A stretch of 64,000 nucleotides of DNA, taken from the IMG/VR virus record IMGVR_UViG_3300008110_007313; one strand, given 5' to 3'. Origin of the DNA: a virus. Lineage: Duplodnaviria > Caudoviricetes. The notes below the pieces were generated by a model. The model did no database searches, was not told the origin of the DNA, and saw nothing but the letters and a program-made list of their open reading frames with translations. The translations under genes and the position numbers were made by a program. Positions 1-8,437 of the stretch are shown in pieces (the stretch's first letter is position 1; each line of letters starts with the position of its first letter).

Positions 1-342
1 ATGTAAATGAACTACTACCCTAACGTCATTGCTGTGTTGGCCTAGCTTCTTCTGCAAACCAAAGTGCAATGGCAGCTCGCCACTGGGTTTTAGTTTTTCG
101 CTAATATCGGTATAAACCAACTCCGTAGCAGAATGATATATTCGAGGAGGTTGGTCATAATAACCTTCTTCAATACCAATCTTTTTGAATTGATCTGGTT
201 GCATGGTCTGCTTACGAACGCCACTAGGTGTGATATAAAAGTGATCACGATCGTGATGACGAATTGAGACATTGCCATCACGACTGGTAATCCAGTTGCG
301 TCTATATGCTTCAACTAAGGTATCGCAAATGGTTTCTAACAT
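1..342 (-). CDS. Class II aldolase/adducin-family protein (N-terminal part; runs off the left edge)
   Basis: Not in the ORF track. ATG at 342 opens MLETICDTLVEAYRRNWITSRDGNVSIR...FYITPSGVRK...PSGELPLH...VVHLH with no stop to position 1. GNxS, ITPSG, PSxE and HxH are class II aldolase motifs. Confidence 0.8.
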   Translation of the reverse strand, partial: MLETICDTLVEAYRRNWITSRDGNVSIRHHDRDHFYITPSGVRKQTMQPDQFKKIGIEEGYYDQPPRIYHSATELVYTDISEKLKPSGELPLHFGLQKKLGQHSNDVRVVVHLH

Positions 343-357
343 TATGGTTTCCTTATT

Positions 358-513
358 TTAGAAAAACCCAATTAGTACCATTACAGCAATAAAACAAAGT
401 AAGGCAGTACCAAATTTGTCACCTCGGTGTTTTGTTTCTTCTTTAAAAGTAGACCTGGCTTTATATTTGTCTTTGTTGCGTTTGATTAAATTCTGTAACA
501 GTACTGGTAGCAT
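358..513 (-). CDS. Small (51 aa) protein with a C-terminal hydrophobic segment
   Basis: Read by hand: MLPVLLQNLIKRNKDKYKARSTFKEETKHRGDKFGTALLCFIAVMVLIGFF*. It fills the gap between ahpC and the aldolase. Confidence 0.5.
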   Translation of the reverse strand: MLPVLLQNLIKRNKDKYKARSTFKEETKHRGDKFGTALLCFIAVMVLIGFF

Positions 514-521
514 AATTTTAC

Positions 522-1061
522 TTAGAGTGTCTCTCCGCCTACAGTACGGTTACAAGCACACAGCTCGCCAGTTTGTAGCGCATCCAATACACGAAGTGTT
601 TCTTCTGGGCTACGACCAACGTTCAAGTTGTTGACAGTAACGTGCTGGATCTCGTTGTTGGGATCAACAATGAATGTTGCGCGAAGTGCGGCACCTGCTG
701 GAGCATAGAACACACCCAGTTGTTCAATCAAGCTCAACTCACCACGCTGTGTGTCAGCAAACTGGTGGTGGGTGATCTTTTGTAGATCACTGTGTGCTTT
801 TTGCCAAGCTACTTTACAGAACTCGTTGTCTGTTGAACCTGTTAGCAATACTGCATCACGATCGGCAAAGTCGCCTGCTAATTTGTCATAAGCTACAATT
901 TCTGTAGGGCAAACAAATGTAAAGTCTTTTGGATAGTAAACAATTACTTTCCACTTGCCTGAGAAAGATTCCTCATTGATAGTGTAAAAAGCATCATCAG
1001 GTTGACCAGGTTTTACGCCGGTAATGGCAAAGGGTGCCAGTTTGTCGCCAACTGTTTTCAT
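522..1061 (-). CDS. ahpC: Peroxiredoxin (alkyl hydroperoxide reductase C)
   Basis: YPKDFTFVCPTE peroxidatic motif, RATFIVDP, GRSPEETLRVLDALQ, C-terminal GELCACN. Confidence 0.95.
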   Translation of the reverse strand: MKTVGDKLAPFAITGVKPGQPDDAFYTINEESFSGKWKVIVYYPKDFTFVCPTEIVAYDKLAGDFADRDAVLLTGSTDNEFCKVAWQKAHSDLQKITHHQFADTQRGELSLIEQLGVFYAPAGAALRATFIVDPNNEIQHVTVNNLNVGRSPEETLRVLDALQTGELCACNRTVGGETL

Positions 1062-1161
1062 AAAATTTCCTTAGGTTAAAAAAGTGTATCAGTGTAACTA
1101 CTGAGTGTTTATTGTAATAGTATATATCAATGAAATCAATCTGATTTGTTGTTTTTTTCTG

Positions 1162-1194
1162 AAATTATTTTAATGGCTGTCATTAAAATAATTT
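1162..1194. repeat. Perfect 14-bp inverted repeat between tRNA-Arg and ahpC
   Basis: AAATTATTTTAATG-gctgt-CATTAAAATAATTT. Confidence 0.75.
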
Positions 1195-1203
1195 ATGGTA
1201 CAA

Positions 1204-1278
1204 TGGTCCGGCGTAGAGGAATCGAACCTCTATAAAGGGCTTAGAAGACCCGTGTATTATCCATTATACGAACGCCAG
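1204..1278 (-). tRNA. tRNA-Arg(UCU)
   Basis: Reverse complement CTGGCGT...GGGTCTTCTAAGCCC...GGTTCGATTCC...ACGCCGG-A-CCA: cloverleaf, anticodon TCT, encoded CCA. Confidence 0.93.
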
Positions 1279-1295
1279 GAATTTTATTTAACATA

Positions 1296-2372
1296 TCACA
1301 GACTCATCCATCCGTTACCGGTGTAGATTTCCTTGAGATCTGCAAACCAACTCTCAAACTGTGGAGCCACATTATCAAATGTATAGTCAAGCCCACGTGC
1401 TCGACAGTCAGCAGGATTTATAAGATGAGCATTGTGTATGGCCTGTACAAAATCGCGCAGAGTATTACACAAATATCCAGTTCGTCCTGCCAGTTGAATT
1501 TCAGCAAAAGCACCAAAGTGCGGAGTAATTATCGGAGTACCGCTCAGCAGGGCTTCAACTACCACACCGCCAAATGGCTCAAGATAGTTGGTAGCAATGA
1601 TCAAGGCACGAGCGTGGGCCAACAGTTGCCGTCGCATGGCTCTATCTGCGTAGCCTAGTTCTGTCACATGCGGCGGAGTCTGTGTCCATCCTACATCGCT
1701 GATACGACCTTGTCCGGCTATGATCAAGGGCATGCCTGCGGCTGCGGTAGCATGAATACAGGTTGAAATACCTTTGAGCTCGCTCACTCGACCCAGAAAC
1801 AAAACATAGTCTTGTTTTTGTTCAATGTAATCAAAATCACGTTGATCAAAATAGTTAGGAATCACACGGCTGTACCAGTTCTGCGGATTCGCACTTCCTT
1901 CTACTAGGTTTCGAACAGCATGGCTTTCATAGGCACGCCATTGAGCAAAGTGTCCACTGGAATACCCCACACCCGGTTCGCAAACTATAGCATCAGGCAC
2001 CGAGTCACAGATCGCTTGATGTCCGTTGCCCCAGTTGGCTAACACAAAATCGTGTTTTTGCACACGAGCCTGTAGTTCAGGAACACAGCGGCGTATAAAC
2101 TCTTGATTGGCATAGTCAGTGACATTGTGGGTAAATTCGTGACGGCTCCAGTCATGGTCGCCATAGGCTTGGCGTAACACACCATCATCAGTGACCGTGA
2201 CATGCTCGGTGCATTTTACATTACTGCGTTCGTGACCATAGTGTATTACAGTATGGCCTCGCGAGGTCATCATGTCAGCAAATTTCAACACCTTTTGTGT
2301 ATAGGCGCAGGCAACATAGTCATGATCAGTGACTGTGTGCGGAATGGCCAGATGATGAAAACGATAATGCAT
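1296..2372 (-). CDS. GT-B glycosyltransferase (GT4-like)
   Basis: FLGRVSELKG, EPFGGVVVEALLSGTPII and G.TGYL motifs. Confidence 0.85.
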   Translation of the reverse strand: MHYRFHHLAIPHTVTDHDYVACAYTQKVLKFADMMTSRGHTVIHYGHERSNVKCTEHVTVTDDGVLRQAYGDHDWSRHEFTHNVTDYANQEFIRRCVPELQARVQKHDFVLANWGNGHQAICDSVPDAIVCEPGVGYSSGHFAQWRAYESHAVRNLVEGSANPQNWYSRVIPNYFDQRDFDYIEQKQDYVLFLGRVSELKGISTCIHATAAAGMPLIIAGQGRISDVGWTQTPPHVTELGYADRAMRRQLLAHARALIIATNYLEPFGGVVVEALLSGTPIITPHFGAFAEIQLAGRTGYLCNTLRDFVQAIHNAHLINPADCRARGLDYTFDNVAPQFESWFADLKEIYTGNGWMSL

Positions 2373-2387
2373 GCTGATAATGTGTAA

Positions 2388-2464
2388 TGGTGCGCCCGGA
2401 GGGACTTGAACCCGCGACCAATGGATTATGAGTCCACTGCTCTAACCAACTGAGCTACAGGCGC
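2388..2464 (-). tRNA. tRNA with CAU anticodon (Ile2 or elongator Met)
   Basis: GCGCCTGTAGCTCAGTTGGTTAGAGCA-GTGGA-CTCATAA-TCCAT...GGTTCAAGTCC...CGGGCGC-A-CCA. C4-G69 suggests Ile2; identity not resolved. Confidence 0.92.
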
Positions 2465-2472
2465 AATGCTAT

Positions 2473-2502
2473 ATTATAGCAGAAAAACTAGTTAACTGTC
2501 AA
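2473..2502 (-). promoter_or_regulatory. Sigma70-type promoter for the tRNA-CAU / GT4 / tRNA-Arg unit
   Basis: TTGACA-N18-TATAAT with TGn extension, 9 nt upstream of the tRNA 5' end. Confidence 0.8.
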
Positions 2503-2506
2503 CATT

Positions 2507-2707
2507 TTAATCGTATTTCATTGGCAAATTGTATGCCTTTAAAATAGTTTCTCCGTAGGTGCCGCCGCCTTGTTTGGCAACGTGTCTGACCTGGTTTGCA
2601 CAGTCTTTTATCAGCAGTTCTGCAAACTTTTGTAAAAGTTCACCGCCAACTTCAGGGTAGTGCGAGCCACCGGCTTCTAGAGCAAGTTCTTTGATACGTG
2701 GGTGCAT
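2507..2707 (-). CDS. Hypothetical phage protein
   Basis: 66-aa ORF with an SD-like AGGAG; fits the gene packing. Confidence 0.65.
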   Translation of the reverse strand: MHPRIKELALEAGGSHYPEVGGELLQKFAELLIKDCANQVRHVAKQGGGTYGETILKAYNLPMKYD

Positions 2708-2761
2708 ATTGGTCTCCTACCCAATACTTATTCTGTAATTCAGTTGACAATGTTTGAAGGC

Positions 2762-3031
2762 TTATTTTAAGTCGCCTTTGAGAGCATGCCACATCTTGGG
2801 GTCGCACCCTAGATAAATGCGATACTGGGTATAGTTACGCCAACGACTAAGTTGGTTAACTTTGTTTTCTATCCAAGAAAACAGACTATCTCTAAACCAG
2901 AATGGATTGACGACGGCTATCAGCAAACAAAGACACACAGGAACAATCAGCAAGGCAATTATGCCCCAGTGAAAGGTTAGAGCCCGGTAATAGTTGCCTT
3001 CGCCAGGTCGCAGTTGAATTTCTTTTTTCAT
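2762..3031 (-). CDS. Hypothetical membrane protein
   Basis: 89 aa with one hydrophobic segment (WGIIALLIVPVCLCLLIAVV). Confidence 0.6.
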   Translation of the reverse strand: MKKEIQLRPGEGNYYRALTFHWGIIALLIVPVCLCLLIAVVNPFWFRDSLFSWIENKVNQLSRWRNYTQYRIYLGCDPKMWHALKGDLK

Positions 3032-3039
3032 GATTTTTA

Positions 3040-3414
3040 TCAGGCCGCTTTGCGGAAGTATTGATAGGGCAAGCCCAGAGTCCAGGCAAGATAGTCATCG
3101 TCGCCATTGGTTTCTTCGGCTTCGTGGATCCAACGCATGGCCATGGCCTTGTCTTTGGCACCGGTGCGAAGCAGTTCAAAAACTCTGCGTTCAAAAGTCT
3201 CAACGGCTGTGGTCTCGGCTTCTTTGCGGTCCTTATCGGCCGCTTCAATAACTGCACCAAGGTACTCAAACTCATTACGAAAATCTTCTACAGACCAAGT
3301 AGAAGTATCAACACCTCGTGGGCGAACACCGTAGGCGTCCTTGTACATGTCCCAGTAAGTGGCCTGGGCTTGTTCCAATTCTGTCATGTCTTCCCAAGAT
3401 GTAAATGCTGTCAT
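3040..3414 (-). CDS. Hypothetical early protein
   Basis: Start reassigned to ATG 3414 (MTAFTSWE), which follows AAGGAG in the repeated promoter cassette. Confidence 0.7.
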   Translation of the reverse strand: MTAFTSWEDMTELEQAQATYWDMYKDAYGVRPRGVDTSTWSVEDFRNEFEYLGAVIEAADKDRKEAETTAVETFERRVFELLRTGAKDKAMAMRWIHEAEETNGDDDYLAWTLGLPYQYFRKAA

Positions 3415-3420
3415 TTGTGG

Positions 3421-3475
3421 CTCCTTGTTTCTTACTATGTTCATATTATAGCAAATTGGCAATTATTAGTCAACC
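3421..3475 (-). promoter_or_regulatory. Promoter+RBS cassette, copy 1 (TTGACT-N17-TATAAT...AAGGAG)
   Basis: 55 nt, identical to 3705-3759 except at 2 positions. Confidence 0.85.
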
Positions 3476-3699
3476 AAACCTACACTTTTCTTGATCTCAT
3501 AGCGAGCAATCTTCTCGTCAAAGTACATAAGAACGCCTTCATTGTAAGGACTTGCTACAACAATCTCACCTAGCTCTACTGCAAGGGCTTGAGTGAAACG
3601 AGTGAGAATACTTTGAGTATCTTCTGACTGATCCAAAGGATCTCGGTCCAGAATTGCCTGATAATCGTTGATGAGTTTTTGTACGTTTTGATGCATCAT
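3466..3699 (-). CDS. Hypothetical early protein
   Basis: 77-aa ORF directly downstream of cassette copy 2. Confidence 0.65.
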   Translation of the reverse strand: MMHQNVQKLINDYQAILDRDPLDQSEDTQSILTRFTQALAVELGEIVVASPYNEGVLMYFDEKIARYEIKKSVGLVD

Positions 3700-3704
3700 T
3701 TTGA

Positions 3705-3759
3705 CTCCTTGTTTCTTACTATGTTCATATTATAGCAAATTGGTAATTATTGGTCAACC
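3705..3759 (-). promoter_or_regulatory. Promoter+RBS cassette, copy 2 (TTGACC-N17-TATAAT...AAGGAG)
   Basis: Near-identical to 3421-3475. Confidence 0.85.
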
Positions 3760-3777
3760 AAAAACGCAGTGTTGCAT

Positions 3778-4116
3778 TTAAGCAACACCACGCACATCAG
3801 TGTTCAAGTTGGGCTTGAGCTCACGAATCAGTGTACGCTCTGTGCGGTGAGCTTCGCTCTTGCCGCGAATCACAGCAACCACACGCACGGTGAAAGCACC
3901 AACACCACGCTCACGCATGGTTTCGTACAGCATCCAGCTCTTGTCTTCTGAACGCATACGATAGAAGTGCTTACGGCAACGAGTGATCACTGACTTCTTC
4001 ACAGTGCTTTCAGTCTTGGCAGTAACGCCAATGTAGAAGTCCGAACCGCTCTCAATCATGTAAATGATGTGAGTACGATCGCTACGCTTTTTACGGGTTA
4101 CTGTTTTTGTGTTCAT
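3778..4116 (-). CDS. Small GIY-YIG-family nuclease-like protein
   Basis: IIYMI...FYIG, conserved R (TRCRKH), E in AHRTERTLI, terminal PNLN. Confidence 0.7.
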   Translation of the reverse strand: MNTKTVTRKKRSDRTHIIYMIESGSDFYIGVTAKTESTVKKSVITRCRKHFYRMRSEDKSWMLYETMRERGVGAFTVRVVAVIRGKSEAHRTERTLIRELKPNLNTDVRGVA

Positions 4117-4122
4117 GTGTAT

Positions 4123-4151
4123 ATTATAGCAAATCGGCGAATTTTGGTCAA
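4123..4151 (-). promoter_or_regulatory. Sigma70-type promoter; probably gives a leaderless GIY-YIG mRNA
   Basis: TTGACC-N17-TATAAT; the ATG lies 7 nt after the -10 box, leaving no room for an SD. Confidence 0.75.
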
Positions 4152-4163
4152 CCGTTTTGCCAT

Positions 4164-4237
4164 AAAAGTAGTACTACAAAAGTACTACTTTTTGTAAGTA
4201 TTATCGATTATTATCGATAATATTATCGATTATTATC
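4164..4237. repeat. 12-bp perfect hairpin followed by a TATTATCGAT tandem array
   Basis: AAAAGTAGTACT-acaaa-AGTACTACTTTT at 4164-4192. TATTATCGAT at 4199, 4209 and 4221, with a partial copy at 4231. Confidence 0.85.
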
Positions 4238-4424
4238 CAGATATTTTCCGATAATCTGCTCGATAATAACACTCTGAATCACCGCTAAAATACTCTTTAC
4301 AGAATTGTTTTGCTTCTTCCTCATTATCAAAGTACTTCTCGCCCATGGGTCGCTGTCCATAACCCCGCTCATATTCAGTCATTGTGACTTTGAATAAGGG
4401 ACCATTAAGTCTAACTTCGGACAT
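4233..4424 (-). CDS. Hypothetical early protein
   Basis: 63 aa, SD AAAGGA, downstream of the promoter at 4466-4494. Confidence 0.65.
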   Translation of the reverse strand: MSEVRLNGPLFKVTMTEYERGYGQRPMGEKYFDNEEEAKQFCKEYFSGDSECYYRADYRKISG

Positions 4425-4465
4425 GATGCTTTCCTTTCTCGGAGTTATTAGGATGGTGTAGTTAC

Positions 4466-4494
4466 AGTATAAGCGATCGGGATTATTGGGTCAA
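4466..4494 (-). promoter_or_regulatory. Sigma70-type promoter
   Basis: TTGACC-N17-TATACT. Confidence 0.7.
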
Positions 4495-4519
4495 CCGTTT
4501 TTTCACGGTAAGTATTGCT

Positions 4520-5575
4520 ATGAATTTTGACCCTTACACCGGAGAACCCATACATCAAGCCGGAATTTGGCGCAGTGGATGTCTTGGTAAAGAAGCAGAC
4601 GCACAAAACTTTTTCTACAGCGTACTCCAAACACGCGGCTGGCAACAGAGCACGGAGTTCCACAAGATCTGGCACAAAGATGATCGCAAGGTTATTGTAT
4701 GCTTGGTCGACGATCTTCGCAGTTGCAGTGAAGACAAACACACTGACTTGCCTTATTTGTTTGATCGAAAAACCACTGTGATCACTGATGGCTGGATCGG
4801 CTGCCCCACTCAGTATCAAGTGTGGCAGTTGCCTCCTAGTTTTTACGGTATCTATGCCACTGACGATGCACCCGCTGAATGGTTACCTGACTTGCACTAC
4901 ACATTCAGTATCAATCGTATAGACACGCGACGACTCAAACTCATGCTGGAGTTGGCCAAACGAGTGCACCTTCATAAAGGCTACGTCAATTTCAACTGTC
5001 AATACGAATTTCATGGCGATAAGTTTCAAGGACAAGATCAAATTCCTGCTTACTTTGAACAACATTGGAACTATCTCAGTGAAGAAGATCAGAACAACTG
5101 GCGTGCCAGTTATGAACTGATCAAGGGTCAAGTGCCACTGAAAAACTACAGCGTAAGTCACGAAGAAATTTTTTCTCGCAGTTTTCTCAACATAGAGTGC
5201 GAAACCTACAGCAGTGATAATTCTGCTGCCTACAGTGAAAAAATATTTAGATTACTGACCACTCCGGTGCCGTGGACCTGCTATGCTGGTCGTTATGGTA
5301 TTGCTTATTTAGAAAGTCTAGGCTTTGACTGTATGAGTGATCTTATTGATCACAATCACTATGATCGTCTCAAAGAAGTAGAGAACAAAGTAGGCATTTT
5401 TATCTGGAAGAGCCTGCAAGTCAGCAAAGAGCTACGCACAGCAGATTTTGCACAGGTATCTCTGCGTTGCCAACAAGCAGCCGCCTACAACAGATCCTTG
5501 CTGAAACTGTACCAGGCTAATTGGGCACAAGAATTTGATCAGTGGCAACGAACTTTTTTGCCTTATCTTGAATAA
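4520..5575 (+). CDS. GT10/fucosyltransferase-like protein (paralog 1)
   Basis: C-terminal IECET...SEKIFR...PW...G...L..LGFD...D...YD block, shared with 6236 and 18041; resembles the GT10 E-N/T...TEK motif. Confidence 0.5.
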   Translation: MNFDPYTGEPIHQAGIWRSGCLGKEADAQNFFYSVLQTRGWQQSTEFHKIWHKDDRKVIVCLVDDLRSCSEDKHTDLPYLFDRKTTVITDGWIGCPTQYQVWQLPPSFYGIYATDDAPAEWLPDLHYTFSINRIDTRRLKLMLELAKRVHLHKGYVNFNCQYEFHGDKFQGQDQIPAYFEQHWNYLSEEDQNNWRASYELIKGQVPLKNYSVSHEEIFSRSFLNIECETYSSDNSAAYSEKIFRLLTTPVPWTCYAGRYGIAYLESLGFDCMSDLIDHNHYDRLKEVENKVGIFIWKSLQVSKELRTADFAQVSLRCQQAAAYNRSLLKLYQANWAQEFDQWQRTFLPYLE

Positions 5576-6207
5576 ATGTCCCAGTTGATGTAGTTTCTAG
5601 CCCAATCAACAGAGAACTCAAACGTATCTTCCTGTGTGTCAACATAGCGTTGCATCATGGCCACACGTTGACCAATATCATGTAGATGATGCGCAGTGGT
5701 ATGATCGCCTATTTCCAGCCAGTCTATAGCTTGTCCTGTGCCAGGTCTGACCAAGACATGAGCATTGCGACCAAACCCAGCGGCTTGCAACAGTTCTTGG
5801 TTGTTACAAATAGGTGTCCATTCTTCAAATTGCCGGGCATGAGATTTAGGTACAGTACACACCACACCAACCACACCAGGGTCAATCAACAAATTAAGAC
5901 TCATTAGACGAGTATCTCCGCAATCAACTACAAATTGATTCTGTTGCTGATGCACAACAATAGGTTTGCGTATGGGCTCTACACCAAGTCGTTGGTACAT
6001 CCAATTTACCCACAGCAGCCTGGCCGCTTCATCTTGTGCATGTTCAGACCAAGTGCTGAGATTTCTACTGTTGTTTTTGAGATGATAGTTCACAGTTTCT
6101 ACACACTGATCCAACGTGCACCCAGGCCGCAAATCCTCTACAGGCCAGGCAGCATGATAAAACATCAAGTACTGATCCCCCAAGGCTTGTTCAATAGTAT
6201 GAGTCAT
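5563..6207 (-). CDS. Hypothetical protein
   Basis: 214-aa ORF; no family recognised. Confidence 0.65.
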   Translation of the reverse strand: MTHTIEQALGDQYLMFYHAAWPVEDLRPGCTLDQCVETVNYHLKNNSRNLSTWSEHAQDEAARLLWVNWMYQRLGVEPIRKPIVVHQQQNQFVVDCGDTRLMSLNLLIDPGVVGVVCTVPKSHARQFEEWTPICNNQELLQAAGFGRNAHVLVRPGTGQAIDWLEIGDHTTAHHLHDIGQRVAMMQRYVDTQEDTFEFSVDWARNYINWDIYSR

Positions 6208-6211
6208 ACAG

Positions 6212-6228
6212 TATTTACGGATTAAATA
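6212..6228. promoter_or_regulatory. Back-to-back TAAATA boxes (putative divergent phage late-type promoters)
   Basis: TATTTA at 6212-6217 and TAAATA at 6223-6228 in a 28-nt divergent gap. The motif recurs before many genes. Confidence 0.55.
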
Positions 6229-6235
6229 CCAAGCT

Positions 6236-7219
6236 ATGGATTTTGGACACTTCTTTAATCAAACACTAGGTCCCATGGGCTTTGATGTTATTCCCAACAG
6301 GTATCATGCCTATCACGGCGAATTTGATCCTGAGCATGGATGGACGCTGTGGCTTGATCACATAGAGTTTACCCCAAAAACTTTATCAGTGGTTCACTTT
6401 CCAGATTTTGCCACTATCAAAGACAATCAGGTTCTCGAACTGGCCAAGATTGAGCAGTTTTATGGTGCCAACTGCCGCCAAGTTTTGGTCACTTACTGGA
6501 CCAGCGACATGCACAAGTATTACAATGGTCCGTTGAACCTGATCAAGTTTAGTAATCACAACTATGACCTTTGCAAAGAACTGGCTGCAAATTTTGATCA
6601 ATGGAAACACATCTTGAATCAACCGCGCACTCATGCCTGGCAGTGTTTGAATGGACGACTGTGTGTTAATCGAGTAGCAGTTGCTGAACTACTGAAAACC
6701 TTTGATCGAGGTTGGCTAAGTCTGGGCACTGAAATACCTCTACCGCACTTTAACTACAGCAATTATTTTGGCTGTGAAAACTATCCTAACTTTTTAGAAC
6801 TTGGATATGTGTACGGGTCGGCAGCAGTGAACATTGTGACTGAAACACAGTATTTTCAACCCACAGGAATTGTCACAGAAAAAACTCTGCTGGCCATTGC
6901 AGCCGAGCAGATACCCATAGTGATTGGTCATCCAGGCATAGTAGATCAATGTCGTCGCATGGGGTTTGACATGTTTGATGATATTGTGGACAACAGTTAC
7001 GATACCATCAGCAATGATCATGGACTTGTCAGAGCTGAGCAAGCAATCCAACGTAATCTCAGACTGATTCGTGGTCAGGTCGATATTGAATCTTACCAAG
7101 CTCGACTTCGTCGTAACAGAGAATTTCTATTGTGGGAATTTCCACAGCAAATGGAACGTGATTTTCAAACACAGGCTCGCGTTCTAGCAGATCGCTTATT
7201 GCCTAGCTATACCGCGTAA
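6236..7219 (+). CDS. GT10/fucosyltransferase-like protein (paralog 2)
   Basis: VNIVTET...VTEKTLLAI...PIVIGHPG...MGFDMFDDIVDNSYD. Confidence 0.5.
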   Translation: MDFGHFFNQTLGPMGFDVIPNRYHAYHGEFDPEHGWTLWLDHIEFTPKTLSVVHFPDFATIKDNQVLELAKIEQFYGANCRQVLVTYWTSDMHKYYNGPLNLIKFSNHNYDLCKELAANFDQWKHILNQPRTHAWQCLNGRLCVNRVAVAELLKTFDRGWLSLGTEIPLPHFNYSNYFGCENYPNFLELGYVYGSAAVNIVTETQYFQPTGIVTEKTLLAIAAEQIPIVIGHPGIVDQCRRMGFDMFDDIVDNSYDTISNDHGLVRAEQAIQRNLRLIRGQVDIESYQARLRRNREFLLWEFPQQMERDFQTQARVLADRLLPSYTA

Positions 7220-7561
7220 AAACTTTTCCACATCGCCATACAAGGCAAACAAACTGGCTTCTTTGCCACCGTAGATATAAATCTCTGGTGCTTTGCCTTG
7301 CGTTAGGTAGTAGGGACAGGTCATTTTGCGATCCAGTGTCAACAGCGTACTGGCCTTGGCATGTATGCTCGGCGGCAGTTGAAACTTGTGTCCTTCAATC
7401 TCAGCAAGACTAAAAATAAAAAAGCCTTCGTGACTTAGACGAAGGCCTGCATCCTCTCGGGGGTTTTTCCACCACTCTGCTAGTGCTTCTTCTAGACTAG
7501 GCTTGTGTGTGCCTTTGCAAACTTCTAGTACCGCACAAGTGATAGTTTCTTTAATGGACAT
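7196..7561 (-). CDS. Hypothetical protein
   Basis: 121-aa ORF coupled to the upstream gene. Confidence 0.7.
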   Translation of the reverse strand: MSIKETITCAVLEVCKGTHKPSLEEALAEWWKNPREDAGLRLSHEGFFIFSLAEIEGHKFQLPPSIHAKASTLLTLDRKMTCPYYLTQGKAPEIYIYGGKEASLFALYGDVEKFLRGIARQ

Positions 7562-7850
7562 CGGGGTATACCTGCGCCCCTTGTGTTAGCAACACCACTG
7601 TGAATTTTTCCGTCTTAAACTGAATGTTAAGTTTGCGAGCCAGATTGATTGCGTGACCAGGGTTTGAAAAACTAACCTTTTTGTACTTGGGTCCAGGATA
7701 CTGTGTCAGCATGTTGGATGTCTTAAGGTTAATTGGTTTGTTGTCGTAGAACACAGCCCACACCCCCTCCGACGCCAGCACTTGCTCGGTCTTATAAGTT
7801 TGTTTATTGGTATGCTCAACTAGCACACTAGGTTTGGGTCTACTCATCAT
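7551..7850 (-). CDS. Hypothetical protein
   Basis: 99 aa; SD AGGAG and a TAAATA box upstream. Confidence 0.75.
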   Translation of the reverse strand: MMSRPKPSVLVEHTNKQTYKTEQVLASEGVWAVFYDNKPINLKTSNMLTQYPGPKYKKVSFSNPGHAINLARKLNIQFKTEKFTVVLLTQGAQVYPDVH

Positions 7851-7886
7851 TAAACTCCTACATTTATTTATCTAAAAACATAGCAG

Positions 7887-8093
7887 TTAAAATGTTCCGC
7901 CAGTGAGTTCTACTTTGATCACGTCGTCTCTGTCGGCATTTTGTCGTTCACGTAGTGTCTCAACAACCAGCAATAACTTGGTGATATCGCTATGTAAATC
8001 TTTGGCATCTTTGAGGCTCATTGAAACATCGCGACCTCCACGACTTTCCTGCGCTTTGATTAGATCGATAAATCGGTTGATATGTATACTCAT
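7887..8093 (-). CDS. Hypothetical protein
   Basis: Start moved to 8093 (MSIHINRF), giving an ATGA overlap with the upstream stop. Confidence 0.65.
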   Translation of the reverse strand: MSIHINRFIDLIKAQESRGGRDVSMSLKDAKDLHSDITKLLLVVETLRERQNADRDDVIKVELTGGTF

Positions 8094-8437
8094 TGTTTGT
8101 TTCTTTCTGCCACAGCGGCATGATATCTGGACCAAAAACTATGATAACTCTCGTTGTCTTGGGCACTTATAGTGTTCATCCATTGAACATGAATTTCTTG
8201 GCTGCGCCATTTTATAGTGGCATTTTTAGGGTCAGGGGTATGTACTTCAGCATCACCCGCGGCCACTGCCGCATGTACAGCCGCTTCATGAATATCGTGT
8301 TGGCGCCACCATTCTTCCTGCTCAGCATCGCTGAGAGTGGCTACCCATTCTTCCATGGTAAATTCGCCACGACAAACTGTGATTACTTTGTCGTAGTTGG
8401 GATCTTGATCAAATGTGGTTATGACCTGTGTACTCAT
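8090..8437 (-). CDS. Hypothetical protein
   Basis: 115-aa ORF with ATGA coupling. Confidence 0.65.
   Translation of the reverse strand: MSTQVITTFDQDPNYDKVITVCRGEFTMEEWVATLSDAEQEEWWRQHDIHEAAVHAAVAAGDAEVHTPDPKNATIKWRSQEIHVQWMNTISAQDNESYHSFWSRYHAAVAERNKQ

Noticed and set aside
90-314. 74-aa minus-strand ORF in the track
   Set aside because: It overlaps, in another frame, the class II aldolase ORF (342 to 1), which has clear family motifs.
3421-3759. Direct repeats as a CRISPR array or att sites
   Set aside because: Only two 55-nt copies, separated by a whole gene, and fully explained as promoter plus RBS. No cas or integrase gene is present.
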